A stretch of DNA of 30,901 nucleotides from a virus (lineage: Duplodnaviria > Caudoviricetes): the IMG/VR virus record IMGVR_UViG_3300025012_000233, positions 1-30,901 of that record. The stretch is one strand, 5' to 3'. Under the pieces are notes generated by a model, which did not search any database, was not told the DNA's origin, and saw nothing but the letters and a program-made list of their open reading frames with translations. Shown here in pieces: positions 18,117 through 27,368 of the stretch. Every line of letters begins with the position of its first letter. The stretch's first letter is position 1. A program made the position numbers and the translations under genes.

Positions 18117-18739
18117 GCGTTCTTGCAAAAGATTTCCGGATGGAGAGGATTAAAGTTGGCGGCGCTGGTTCTGCGAATGTCGACAAACCTCCCGTTACAA
18201 TTATTACTACTGTTGATGCCAGCAGTTCGACAGTGCCGGCCCTTGATGTTCCATCGAGTTGGGTGCTGGCGACTGCAGAGGAGATCACGGAGGCGCAGCT
18301 TGCCCTATACGGTCCCGGCGAGATACGGAAAATGTTTGGCCTGATTTCCGCTGCAATACCGAAAAAGACGGATGGACTTGATAAAAAAATAGGAGATGAT
18401 GGTTGGATAACTTATTCGTTTCCGCAGTTCGGAGTACCGATATATGTTTTCCCAGATCAAACTTTTTTGGCTGTCTGGATGACGAATGATTTTAGGGCGA
18501 GCATTTTCAAGATGATGGGTTTCAATCCAGCGAATCCGCCATCTCTTTATATCGGTAAAATCAAGGGTTACTTTTTGCCGTTCTCGACTATAGGACACCA
18601 GAAATCTATCGGAGTGTGGAATTGTCCCAACGATCCAGTGAACTGTTGCGGCTGGGGCACCGGCATGGTGTCCGGATCGTTTCAAATGTCATATCAAGTG
18701 ACGTATGCGAATTATAATCCGATGTTTGGAATATATTAA
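18113..18739 (+). CDS. hypothetical tail-region protein
   Basis: 208 aa, translationally coupled to the upstream gene. Confidence 0.7.
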   Translation: MSVLAKDFRMERIKVGGAGSANVDKPPVTIITTVDASSSTVPALDVPSSWVLATAEEITEAQLALYGPGEIRKMFGLISAAIPKKTDGLDKKIGDDGWITYSFPQFGVPIYVFPDQTFLAVWMTNDFRASIFKMMGFNPANPPSLYIGKIKGYFLPFSTIGHQKSIGVWNCPNDPVNCCGWGTGMVSGSFQMSYQVTYANYNPMFGIY

Positions 18740-18750
18740 GGAGACAGTCA

Positions 18751-19386
18751 ATGCCAGGCGCAGGAGATGATTTTACTCAAGACGGCGGATATGATCCTTC
18801 AAAACCGCCGCTTCTTCCTCCGATATCCTTGCCGAGTGGCACAACTCCGCCGTCGCCAACTACCGTTGTCGTAAATATTCCAGGATCAACTACGGAATAT
18901 TACCATAATGAGCAGACAAGCGATATTCAGATAAAAGAAATTCTGAATCTTGGCTGGAACACCTGGGCAAGAAGCATTGAGCCTATACCGGTTGGTGGAT
19001 ACATTGTCTGCACTCTCATGGATGGGGTAATGGGTGCGTGTATTGCCATAGGCAGGGAGGGCATGGAAGGACAGAGTATCTCTGCCTTCCAATATTCTCT
19101 GATCATCGACAGGACCGGGATTAAAGCTCATGAAAATGGTGTTGTGGTAGATGAAATCAGAGCGGAGCACAGCCTGTTATCGGAAGTGAAAATATACCGG
19201 CAAGCGGACAATTCGATTGTCTATGTCGTCACAACTGAAAAGGAAACTCTGGTTTATACAAGTAATCTTGAAAATTTATTTCCGCCATTTATCCCTTTGT
19301 ACGTTTACGGGTATCTCTATTCCAGCGGAGACAAAGTGTTATCGGCTGAATTTGCGAACGGAACAGTCCAATACGGGAGCGTGTAA
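18751..19386 (+). CDS. tail-region structural protein (Pro-rich N-terminus, beta-sandwich)
   Basis: AAGGAG RBS; LGWNTWARSI motif. Confidence 0.7.
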   Translation: MPGAGDDFTQDGGYDPSKPPLLPPISLPSGTTPPSPTTVVVNIPGSTTEYYHNEQTSDIQIKEILNLGWNTWARSIEPIPVGGYIVCTLMDGVMGACIAIGREGMEGQSISAFQYSLIIDRTGIKAHENGVVVDEIRAEHSLLSEVKIYRQADNSIVYVVTTEKETLVYTSNLENLFPPFIPLYVYGYLYSSGDKVLSAEFANGTVQYGSV

Positions 19387-20567
19387 TGCTTGGAACCGGG
19401 TACTTATTTATCAGGGATTATGCGGTACTCTTTGAAGGTGAGGGGTCGCTGCGTGTTGGGAAGAACATATCGCTTGGTTCAGTTTCTTTCAACGGGAAAG
19501 GGTATCTACTGACCAATCCTGAAATTGCTTATGTCAATGTTGACCTTCCTGCCCTTGGCGGCGCGGCTTATGAGGTAAACAACTCAGGGTATGGGTATTG
19601 CGGCGCCATGCTCCCCGGTCTGATCACGGAAGCATCTGGAGGGTTTTATGTACCTGCTGAGCCACAGGTAGCATTCAGCATTCTCCCTGCTCTAACCACC
19701 TACGCCACTGGCATCTCGGTCGGTATCGGAGAACATGACAGCGAATTTTCTCCGCTGCAAGGTAAGGCGTGGGAAAGTACTGACGGCGGAGAATTATCTG
19801 CCACCCTTCCTGCCTTAAAGTCAATAGGTAGTGTAGACTTCTCTCCCGGCGAAGTACAGTTCTTCAACAGGATGTCCCTCATCAACACGTATAGTCCGGT
19901 CCAGGAACATATTTTTCTATTCAACTCTGCCGGTGTATTCGTTGATTCGTACTCGGCCAGCCGGGAGATGATAGCGTGGATGATCAATTCCATGACTATC
20001 AGTGTTGAGTATACCGTAATCGGTAGTTTCATTGCTCAATTCAGTAATCCAATGGTCGCTAATTTTGAAGTATTCGCTGCTATTGATGGTACGCCAGCAC
20101 TTGATGATACAGCCAGAGTATGGGTTGTTGAGATGGGATCTGGAGCTAGTTGGCAGTATGATAATTATGGATTTAACTCCTTTCTTGAAAAGGATGGAGA
20201 ATATTTTGGAATTGCTGATGATGGGATTTATAAGCTGGAAGGAGCCGATGACGCCGGGGTGGATATAGATTCCTGTATTGAAATCGGGAAGTCGATGTAT
20301 GGTTCCTACTTTAGTAAAAAATCCAGAGGTATCTATATTGGCTGTTCTTCTGACGGAGATATTTTCATAAAAATAGACACGGATGGAGTTGAGAACATCT
20401 ACCAGATTCAAGAAACTAGCACAACCCTTGCAACACATAAGGTTCCTGTTTCCCAGCGTAAGCTAGGAACATACTGGAACTTAACCCTTGTTAACTCCGA
20501 AGGTAGTGACTTTGATGTCTCTGACATTACCTTTATACTCTATACTATTTCAAGAAGGATTAAGTAA
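19386..20567 (+). CDS. tail structural protein with LPAL repeats and nozzle-like C-terminus
   Basis: Repeated LPAL/LPGL; QYDNYGFNSF...DGIYKLEG segment; TAATG overlaps. Confidence 0.7.
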   Translation: MLGTGYLFIRDYAVLFEGEGSLRVGKNISLGSVSFNGKGYLLTNPEIAYVNVDLPALGGAAYEVNNSGYGYCGAMLPGLITEASGGFYVPAEPQVAFSILPALTTYATGISVGIGEHDSEFSPLQGKAWESTDGGELSATLPALKSIGSVDFSPGEVQFFNRMSLINTYSPVQEHIFLFNSAGVFVDSYSASREMIAWMINSMTISVEYTVIGSFIAQFSNPMVANFEVFAAIDGTPALDDTARVWVVEMGSGASWQYDNYGFNSFLEKDGEYFGIADDGIYKLEGADDAGVDIDSCIEIGKSMYGSYFSKKSRGIYIGCSSDGDIFIKIDTDGVENIYQIQETSTTLATHKVPVSQRKLGTYWNLTLVNSEGSDFDVSDITFILYTISRRIK

Positions 20568-21532
20568 TGTCGAGTGAAGCGTATATAGAAAATATAATTT
20601 CCAACGCTATTGCTACTGCGACTAATAGTACTGAGCAAGCGCAGGATGCAGCGGATTCTTTAATCAATGAGTCGATAGGGTTTTACATAGCTCCCCCATC
20701 GACCACTACTGGATTCCAGGTAACAGCAACGGAACCTGATATCCCTGACGCTGCTGATTCCACTCTAACGTATGAAGCACAGTTGGAGAAATTAATCGCA
20801 CTCCTTTCGAATCAGCTTGCAAACTTCTTCACTACATATTACCCTTTATCTAACGATGCGTTTGACGAGGCTACGACTTGGCTGGTTAATACGATAACAA
20901 ATGGCGGGACAGGGATAAATGCGAATATAGAGGATCAAGCCTGGCAGAGGGATAGGGATAGAAGAACTGCAGAGGGAAGGAAGCTGAAAGCAGGAGTTGC
21001 AGTGGGGTATGCCGCGAAAGGGCATTTTATCGTCGCCGGTTCCATGCTGAAGAAGATGGAAGAGATTGATTTTGTAAATGCTGCGAATAACGGAATAGGT
21101 TCTACAAATAAGGCTGTTGAGCAACTGAAGATTGAAATCGAAACTGTACGGTTCGCGGTTGGGAAAGCTATAGATTCCAGAAACATGGCGATGAATGCAG
21201 CAGCGGATTATGTACGAGCTATAGCTTCCGCTCCTGACGCAGCTGCGAGAGTTGCCTCTTTGAATACAGATGTTAAGGCGAAGATGATGAGTGCTGCGGC
21301 GGATTTCTATAGGGTCCGGCTTGAGAGAGATAACTTAGTTCTTAAATCCAGTCTTGCAAATATGGACTCAACTGTCGATGTGTATAAGCACAGGCGGACC
21401 ATAGCGGTACAGGCGGATAATGTGAAGATCCAAGCTCTCGCCTCCGCTGCAGATGTGTTTGCGAGAACTGCTTCTGCAGCGCTTTCGTCCTTGAATAGTA
21501 TTGTTTCTTCTGCTGTTAACTCTTTCGCGTAA
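20567..21532 (+). CDS. Ala-rich helical virion protein, probable internal/ejection protein
   Basis: 321 aa, helical composition, precedes the large internal protein. Confidence 0.6.
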   Translation: MSSEAYIENIISNAIATATNSTEQAQDAADSLINESIGFYIAPPSTTTGFQVTATEPDIPDAADSTLTYEAQLEKLIALLSNQLANFFTTYYPLSNDAFDEATTWLVNTITNGGTGINANIEDQAWQRDRDRRTAEGRKLKAGVAVGYAAKGHFIVAGSMLKKMEEIDFVNAANNGIGSTNKAVEQLKIEIETVRFAVGKAIDSRNMAMNAAADYVRAIASAPDAAARVASLNTDVKAKMMSAAADFYRVRLERDNLVLKSSLANMDSTVDVYKHRRTIAVQADNVKIQALASAADVFARTASAALSSLNSIVSSAVNSFA

Positions 21533-21542
21533 GGTGGATGAT

Positions 21543-22343
21543 ATGGCTAATGAGTTTTTGGATAAGGTTAAGAGTAGATATAAAGAGTTCATGGCTCCAG
21601 AAGTCAAGATGGCAAAGACACTGGTAAGTGGATTAGCTGTGCCGCAAATTGCAGCTGCAAAAGGTGCAACAGCTATATATGGTGCAGCATATGGTAAGTT
21701 GAAACAGCAGAAGAAACAAGGACCTGCTGGAATGCCGAGTCATGGAGGATTCCCTGATAGGAATTGGATAAAGCTGGAAGGTACAGGGGAAAAGGTTGGG
21801 ATAGGAGCTGATGGGAATATTGTTAAGGTGGACAAGGATGGGAATAGGATCTCTAATATAAAAGGGAAGCTTACCAAAGATCCTAATCCTACAATGGAAA
21901 CTTCAAGTGGACTGTCTGTAAAGTTCGGGAATGGAGTATCCCCGGAAGCTAAGGCGAATTTCATGCGTGACCCCTCACAGCCGCCGCAAGGTACTGACCT
22001 TGGACCGAACAGAACTTTTCTGACGCAGGTAGCGCAGCGGAATAGTGGTGGGAGTAGTTCTGCCTCGGCTTTGAATACCTTCACAGATGTGATGCGGGAG
22101 AAAGCGAGGTTGTTCAGAGAGAAGCAAGGCGCAGATATAGCGAATGAAACCGCGAAAACCTCCTACTACAACAACTACCTTTCCTCACAAACTGAGAACA
22201 TGAATCAAGAAACATCCGCTATCCCTCTCCGTAAACGTATGGCGGAGCTACGTTACCTCGCTACACTTGGTGGATTGACCGCACCCTCCGAAGACGCCGG
22301 GAAAGATCCCGCTGATCTTATCGACGAAGAACTTAACAAATAA
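21543..22343 (+). CDS. putative internal virion/ejection protein
   Basis: ORF 21501..22343; the ATG at 21543 has an AAGGTGG RBS. Confidence 0.55.
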   Translation: MANEFLDKVKSRYKEFMAPEVKMAKTLVSGLAVPQIAAAKGATAIYGAAYGKLKQQKKQGPAGMPSHGGFPDRNWIKLEGTGEKVGIGADGNIVKVDKDGNRISNIKGKLTKDPNPTMETSSGLSVKFGNGVSPEAKANFMRDPSQPPQGTDLGPNRTFLTQVAQRNSGGSSSASALNTFTDVMREKARLFREKQGADIANETAKTSYYNNYLSSQTENMNQETSAIPLRKRMAELRYLATLGGLTAPSEDAGKDPADLIDEELNK

Positions 22344-22351
22344 GGAAACAC

Positions 22352-25300
22352 ATGGGTACTGAATCTGATTTCAATTCCGACCTTGCGTTTTTCGAGAACC
22401 TTAGGGTTGCTAGGGAGAAGGAAGCTAAGGCTGCGCAGAAGCTGAACACGGCGCGGGATACGTATCTGAATGATACGGAGAAGATGTCGCGGGATATAGC
22501 TGTGCGAACGAAGGACTTGCTCCCGGAAAAAGTTAAGGTAGCAAAGGCTCCAATTGGTGGGAGCATAGGACATAGGGAGGTTGATGCCTCCTTCTCCGAA
22601 GAGAATCCTTTAGCTGGTATCGGGTCGCAGGTCTCGGATGTACTGAGTAAGCTGAAGGGAAAGAAACTAAAGGGAGATATCAAAGGGGAAGGGCTGACAG
22701 ACTTGGTGTATCAAAAGGTTCTGCAGAAACGACTCCCAGCAGCATACCAGTATAAATTAAAACAAGATACTTCAATCCTCGGAGATGAGACAGGGAATCT
22801 TCCTGGGTATGATAAGTTCAGAGAAAAGTTCGACGCGGAAAATCAGCCGGATGTAAGTAGGTATTACAAAGGCTTGACCCCGAAAGGGATAGCTACGAAC
22901 CTGGGAATAGCGGCGGCAGGTAATCTTGCGATAGAAGGAGTTGGTAGAGCTGGTGCAGGGTTAGGGATGAAGGGTCTGGCAAAGCTGGCTGGGAGGGGTT
23001 TGTTCGGACTCCCGACTCCAGGCGCTGGAAAGTTTGTCACGAAAGCAGCCGGACTCGCATTAATGACAGCTGCTGACTTCGCCGTGTTTGATGCTGCAAG
23101 TGAAGTGGTTGGGCAGAGTAAGTGGGCGAAGGCGAGGGAAGATGAGCCGCTGAAAGTCCTGGGTGCGGAAATGGTTGCTGGACTTGGCGCGGGAGTTGTC
23201 GCGTCCAAGGTCGTGAAGGGTGGTTCGAAGGCGATGATGTCTGCTGTGAAGACATATGGGCTGGAGAAAGCGAGGAATGAAGCAGCTGCGGAAGTGCTCG
23301 GGAAGACTGGGACTGTTAGTTCCTTGATGGAGTGGAATAAATCGCTGAAGAGATTGGAGAGGAGTAAAGCTGTATCGGTCGGAGAAGTGGATAACTTTAT
23401 TCAACTGAATAAGAAGGAGGTTGGGAGACTTACTCTGGAAGACGCAGTGTCGAAATATAACCCTGACATCCCAGGCGGACACAGCGTCTTCAGTAAGGAA
23501 GGTATCTCCCGTATGGCAGAGACGGAAAGGTCTCGGAAAGCAGCAGAGGCTATATCCTCATTCGAGAAAGAGGCAGGGTACTCCCCGGAAGTTCCAGGTT
23601 CCGCGTTCATTCCGAAGCAACTTCCTGCACCTGGAACACAGCGTGTAGCTGTGGAGGTTGTGGAAGGTCTCCCAACGAAGGAACCTTTGCTTATAACCGA
23701 TGTCCAAGAACGCGCGCTTACCATCCGTAAATCCGCTGGCACCCCGCAGGAAGTTGCAGAGAATAGCTGGATGGGGGAATATTCTGTTACAATCCATGAT
23801 CCAAAGTTCCATGCACATACTCCAATGCTTGAAGGAACGGGGGCTAGACTCGCACTCCCCGCACCGGTGGAGAATATTGTAGCGGATCAGCTGCCCTTAC
23901 GGGCGAGGGTTGCGATACGTACTGCGTATGAACAGAATAGGAATCTGAGGAAAGCGACGATTATTCTGGGAGAGAAAGGACCTCCGGATTTGTCTCCGGA
24001 TTCACTGACAAAGATCACGGAGTTCTTCACGCATCATATAAATGCTACGAAGGTTCCGGAGACTTTGCTCGGTCCTGATCCAGTTCTTGTAAATGTGCTG
24101 AAGGAGATTAATCTTGGGTTGGCGAAGAGTGGGAATAAAGCCCCGGCAACTTTAACTGACAACGTATGGGGATACGGACTCGATAAAGTCCCCTTCACGC
24201 AGAAGCTTCGGATGCTGGATAACGCTGCGGTGGAGGAGGTTAAGGCTGCTGCGGAAAGTGGGATTCCTTCCTCCTTAGCCGTGCCGGAGGCTGCGAAGAA
24301 GAGCGCTGCGAGGAAGGTACGGAAGAATGCTGCGGCGGAGGTTAAGAGGGATGCGGAGGTTGTAGCGGCTACGAAGAAGGGTGTTGTAACTCGGAAGAAG
24401 ACTACGGAAGTTATTACATTAAAGGCTGCTGAAACTCCGGTCAGTGAAGGGATCGCTGCTACGGATGTAAGTAACCTGATGAAGAAGGGTGCGGAGAAGA
24501 GTACGATCACGAATCTGGAAGTAGGTGCTGTTACAGGTAGGACTTTAACTCCAGAGCAAATAGCGAAGTTTAAAGCAGCGAAAGAGAAACAAAAACGTGG
24601 AGCTTTAAGCCGTGTCCTTGCATCAAAGGAAGAAAAAATGGCTGCTGATGCAGCTTTAATGGACGCCTCCGCGGCAGATCCGGAGATAGGATCTTACATA
24701 AAGAAAGCTCTAGTCACAGTCCCGCTCTCCGCTGTCGCCCTCGTAGGAATGGATGCGAGTGATGCTGATGCAAGTGTGCTTGGAAGTGTATCCGCGTTAG
24801 GGGTTGATCTTGCAAAGAAAGCTGTTGGGGATAGTGCGAGTAAGCTTATTTCAGTATTAAAGAATAGCTCCCTTGTCGGGGAAAAGGGCAGGATTCTGGG
24901 AAGGGTGGAAAAGTGGATGGATGGGATTTCAGTTAAACCCACCATGGATGTACTGGAAAAGACAACCTCGAAGATCCCTGCGTTTTTCAGGAATACTGTA
25001 ATGACCCCGGCCGCTGTTGCTGGTAGGTTTTACAAAGCAGAAGCTAATCCACTTGTGGAGCTGGCTACCCGTATGACTGCGATGCACAACAACATTAAGA
25101 TGCATTCGCAGGCAGTGAAAGAAATCCTTGCTATGGTTCCGGAGTATAAGAACTCTACTGAGAAAGTCCGGCAAGCTATGAAGCCATTGGTGGAGAAATA
25201 TGAAGTCCCACTGGCGGAAGCTGGATATCATGAGGGTATGATTGCGAGACTTGGGGATGATCTGAAGAAAACGAATAAGGCGAAAGATCCGGAGGTGTAT

Positions 25301-27061
25301 GCGGAACTGTCGAAGTCGCTGAAAGAACATCATGCGAAGCTGAATGGATTAAAAGCGGATACTGCAGGGTATGAAGCGGAGTGGACGAAGCTGGCGCAAG
25401 GGACTGCGAAGGAGCATTCAAGTGCGAGGATCGCACTGGCACTGGAGGATACAGCAGAGTTTATCCATTACCCCTGGTTGAAAGGGATGATGACTCCGAA
25501 TGAACTGTCAGCAGTTTCTATGCTGAAGGATTTGAATAAGGTCACAGAAACACGGATAATTGAAGCTGGCGGGAAGGTTATTAAAGATAGACCTTACGCA
25601 CACCATGCACTGCACCCGGACTCGAATACTGTGAAATTGCGGGAAGCGTTTGCGGGGTTGACTCCGAATGTGGAGAATGCTGTTAATCTCGCGCGGCTGA
25701 ACAGTAGGAATGTTGGGTCGAAAATGCTCATGCCGGATGTAGAGTATATGTACGCGAAGTATGTTCCGGATGTAGAGAGAAGAATCCAAGGTATGGAGTT
25801 CTGGAAGAAGGGACAAGAAGGCGGCTGGCACGCGCATGTTAAGGAACTCCGGAAGAATGGAGTTATGACGAAGGAACTGGATGAGCTATGGACAGGGATT
25901 AATAAGTCCCTGGAACCAGTAGCACATTCTGGAATGGCGCAGTGGGCGAATAGATATTACTCGATGGAGGTATTGTGGAGGTTGTTTGCGTCACCGTCTG
26001 TTGGGTTTAAGCATCTGATGAAGCAGACAGGAAACCTTGCTATCTTCCCACCTGACGTATGGGCAAAGGCGGTGGTGAAAACTCCGGGGGTCATGGCCAG
26101 GGCAAAGGTTATGGAGCTGCAGGAACGCTGGCCGAAGGTATTCGGTGGGATTAAGCTGAAGCAGAATGACGCAGTGGATCTTGTCCGGGCTATGACGAAT
26201 CAGGGGAAGTATAATAGCTCTATTGCGGAGCTGGATATGTTTGATACTCCACTGAATCGGTTTGATAAGATTCTGGGGAAGGTGAATGAGACAGGGTCTT
26301 TTATCGTCGGGGCTGTAGAATCCTTTGATAGAACAGCTACTGTCCTGATGGGAATGGAGATGGCTGCGAAGAAAGGCATGACCCCAAGCCAAGCAGCTTT
26401 CGCGGTGTATGATTCTATACTGAAAGCGAACTTCCTATCAGGGGTACATAATCCGAGTTGGGTTAGAGATCCTTACGCGCGGGCTTTCTTTATGTTCCAA
26501 GGTACTCCGTTTAAGCTGATGGAGCAAAGGTTGCTGCTGGCGGCGAAGGGAGGGAAGGCGATTGTGAAGGCGGGCGGGGTTACGCTGGAACAGTTGAAGG
26601 AATTGAAGCATTTTATTAAGGAAGGGGAGTATAGAGTAAAGCATGGGATGATCTTGGATGCACTCAATTCGGAGAAGGATATCTTCGGGCAGAGTTCTGC
26701 GAAACAGTTCGCAGTTAGTACATTAATGATAGGTGGATTAATTGGAATCGGGGATAAGATGTTTGACTCCAATATTCAAGACCAGGTATTCCACCCGCCG
26801 TTTATTAAGATGGAAGGGGAATCCCCTGGAGTGTATCTTAACCCAGTAACCAGCGCGGCGTATAAAACCTGGACAAAGCGGCATGAAGAGGATAGGGGTC
26901 TTCTGTTTACTGAGTTTGTAAATAACTGGCTTGGACATTCAGGTGCAGTTCCTTCTACATTTAGGAAGGCTATGAGGTTGACAGAGAATGATATACCTGA
27001 GATATACAGGAACTCAAAGCTACGATATTTCTTCGGTGTACCTGCGGCAAAGGGTGAATGA
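22352..27061 (+). CDS. large (1569 aa) internal virion / DNA-ejection protein
   Basis: Ala/Lys/Gly-rich, helical, hydrophobic Gly-Ala stretches; position typical of podovirus ejection proteins; no catalytic motif recognised. Confidence 0.65.
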   Translation: MGTESDFNSDLAFFENLRVAREKEAKAAQKLNTARDTYLNDTEKMSRDIAVRTKDLLPEKVKVAKAPIGGSIGHREVDASFSEENPLAGIGSQVSDVLSKLKGKKLKGDIKGEGLTDLVYQKVLQKRLPAAYQYKLKQDTSILGDETGNLPGYDKFREKFDAENQPDVSRYYKGLTPKGIATNLGIAAAGNLAIEGVGRAGAGLGMKGLAKLAGRGLFGLPTPGAGKFVTKAAGLALMTAADFAVFDAASEVVGQSKWAKAREDEPLKVLGAEMVAGLGAGVVASKVVKGGSKAMMSAVKTYGLEKARNEAAAEVLGKTGTVSSLMEWNKSLKRLERSKAVSVGEVDNFIQLNKKEVGRLTLEDAVSKYNPDIPGGHSVFSKEGISRMAETERSRKAAEAISSFEKEAGYSPEVPGSAFIPKQLPAPGTQRVAVEVVEGLPTKEPLLITDVQERALTIRKSAGTPQEVAENSWMGEYSVTIHDPKFHAHTPMLEGTGARLALPAPVENIVADQLPLRARVAIRTAYEQNRNLRKATIILGEKGPPDLSPDSLTKITEFFTHHINATKVPETLLGPDPVLVNVLKEINLGLAKSGNKAPATLTDNVWGYGLDKVPFTQKLRMLDNAAVEEVKAAAESGIPSSLAVPEAAKKSAARKVRKNAAAEVKRDAEVVAATKKGVVTRKKTTEVITLKAAETPVSEGIAATDVSNLMKKGAEKSTITNLEVGAVTGRTLTPEQIAKFKAAKEKQKRGALSRVLASKEEKMAADAALMDASAADPEIGSYIKKALVTVPLSAVALVGMDASDADASVLGSVSALGVDLAKKAVGDSASKLISVLKNSSLVGEKGRILGRVEKWMDGISVKPTMDVLEKTTSKIPAFFRNTVMTPAAVAGRFYKAEANPLVELATRMTAMHNNIKMHSQAVKEILAMVPEYKNSTEKVRQAMKPLVEKYEVPLAEAGYHEGMIARLGDDLKKTNKAKDPEVYAELSKSLKEHHAKLNGLKADTAGYEAEWTKLAQGTAKEHSSARIALALEDTAEFIHYPWLKGMMTPNELSAVSMLKDLNKVTETRIIEAGGKVIKDRPYAHHALHPDSNTVKLREAFAGLTPNVENAVNLARLNSRNVGSKMLMPDVEYMYAKYVPDVERRIQGMEFWKKGQEGGWHAHVKELRKNGVMTKELDELWTGINKSLEPVAHSGMAQWANRYYSMEVLWRLFASPSVGFKHLMKQTGNLAIFPPDVWAKAVVKTPGVMARAKVMELQERWPKVFGGIKLKQNDAVDLVRAMTNQGKYNSSIAELDMFDTPLNRFDKILGKVNETGSFIVGAVESFDRTATVLMGMEMAAKKGMTPSQAAFAVYDSILKANFLSGVHNPSWVRDPYARAFFMFQGTPFKLMEQRLLLAAKGGKAIVKAGGVTLEQLKELKHFIKEGEYRVKHGMILDALNSEKDIFGQSSAKQFAVSTLMIGGLIGIGDKMFDSNIQDQVFHPPFIKMEGESPGVYLNPVTSAAYKTWTKRHEEDRGLLFTEFVNNWLGHSGAVPSTFRKAMRLTENDIPEIYRNSKLRYFFGVPAAKGE

Positions 27062-27070
27062 AGTTGGGAT

Positions 27071-27085
27071 CGTGAAATTTTCACG
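27071..27085. promoter_or_regulatory. palindromic site CGTGAAATTTTCACG (copy 4 of 4)
   Basis: Intergenic, between the large protein gene and the tail spike module. Confidence 0.7.
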
Positions 27086-27110
27086 GATTTAACTGGGAAC
27101 GGGTGATAGA

Positions 27111-27368
27111 ATGAGTGATAAAACGAAGATGGTTGTAGATGGGAATAAGAATGTGGTACAGGTGTTTACTCCGAGAAGGGTAGAATCTGTGGAAGCAGAT
27201 ACGGCGTGGACGCCGCTGAAGAAAGATATTGCGTATGCTGTATCTGCGGATTGTACAGTTAAGATTTCAGGTGGAACTGCTACAGCTCTTCTGCAGGGAA
27301 CAATTCGCGGGATTGTGGAGGGAGCGACATACACCTTTTCTGCCACGCAGACGATTGAGGTTATGTGA
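27111..27368 (+). CDS. small beta-rich virion protein, possible fibre adaptor
   Basis: 85 aa, coupled to the tail spike gene. Confidence 0.65.
   Translation: MSDKTKMVVDGNKNVVQVFTPRRVESVEADTAWTPLKKDIAYAVSADCTVKISGGTATALLQGTIRGIVEGATYTFSATQTIEVM

Noticed and set aside
22352-27061. N4-type virion RNA polymerase or tape measure protein
   Set aside because: Less than half the size of N4 vRNAP, no polymerase motifs recognised, and no tail tube or chaperone genes nearby.
27059-27085. TGA stop followed by the CGTGAAA palindrome as a SECIS (also at 12167)
   Set aside because: The loop has no G, distances differ (9 vs 3 nt), read-through meets another stop within about a dozen codons, and the other two copies are not tied to a TGA stop.
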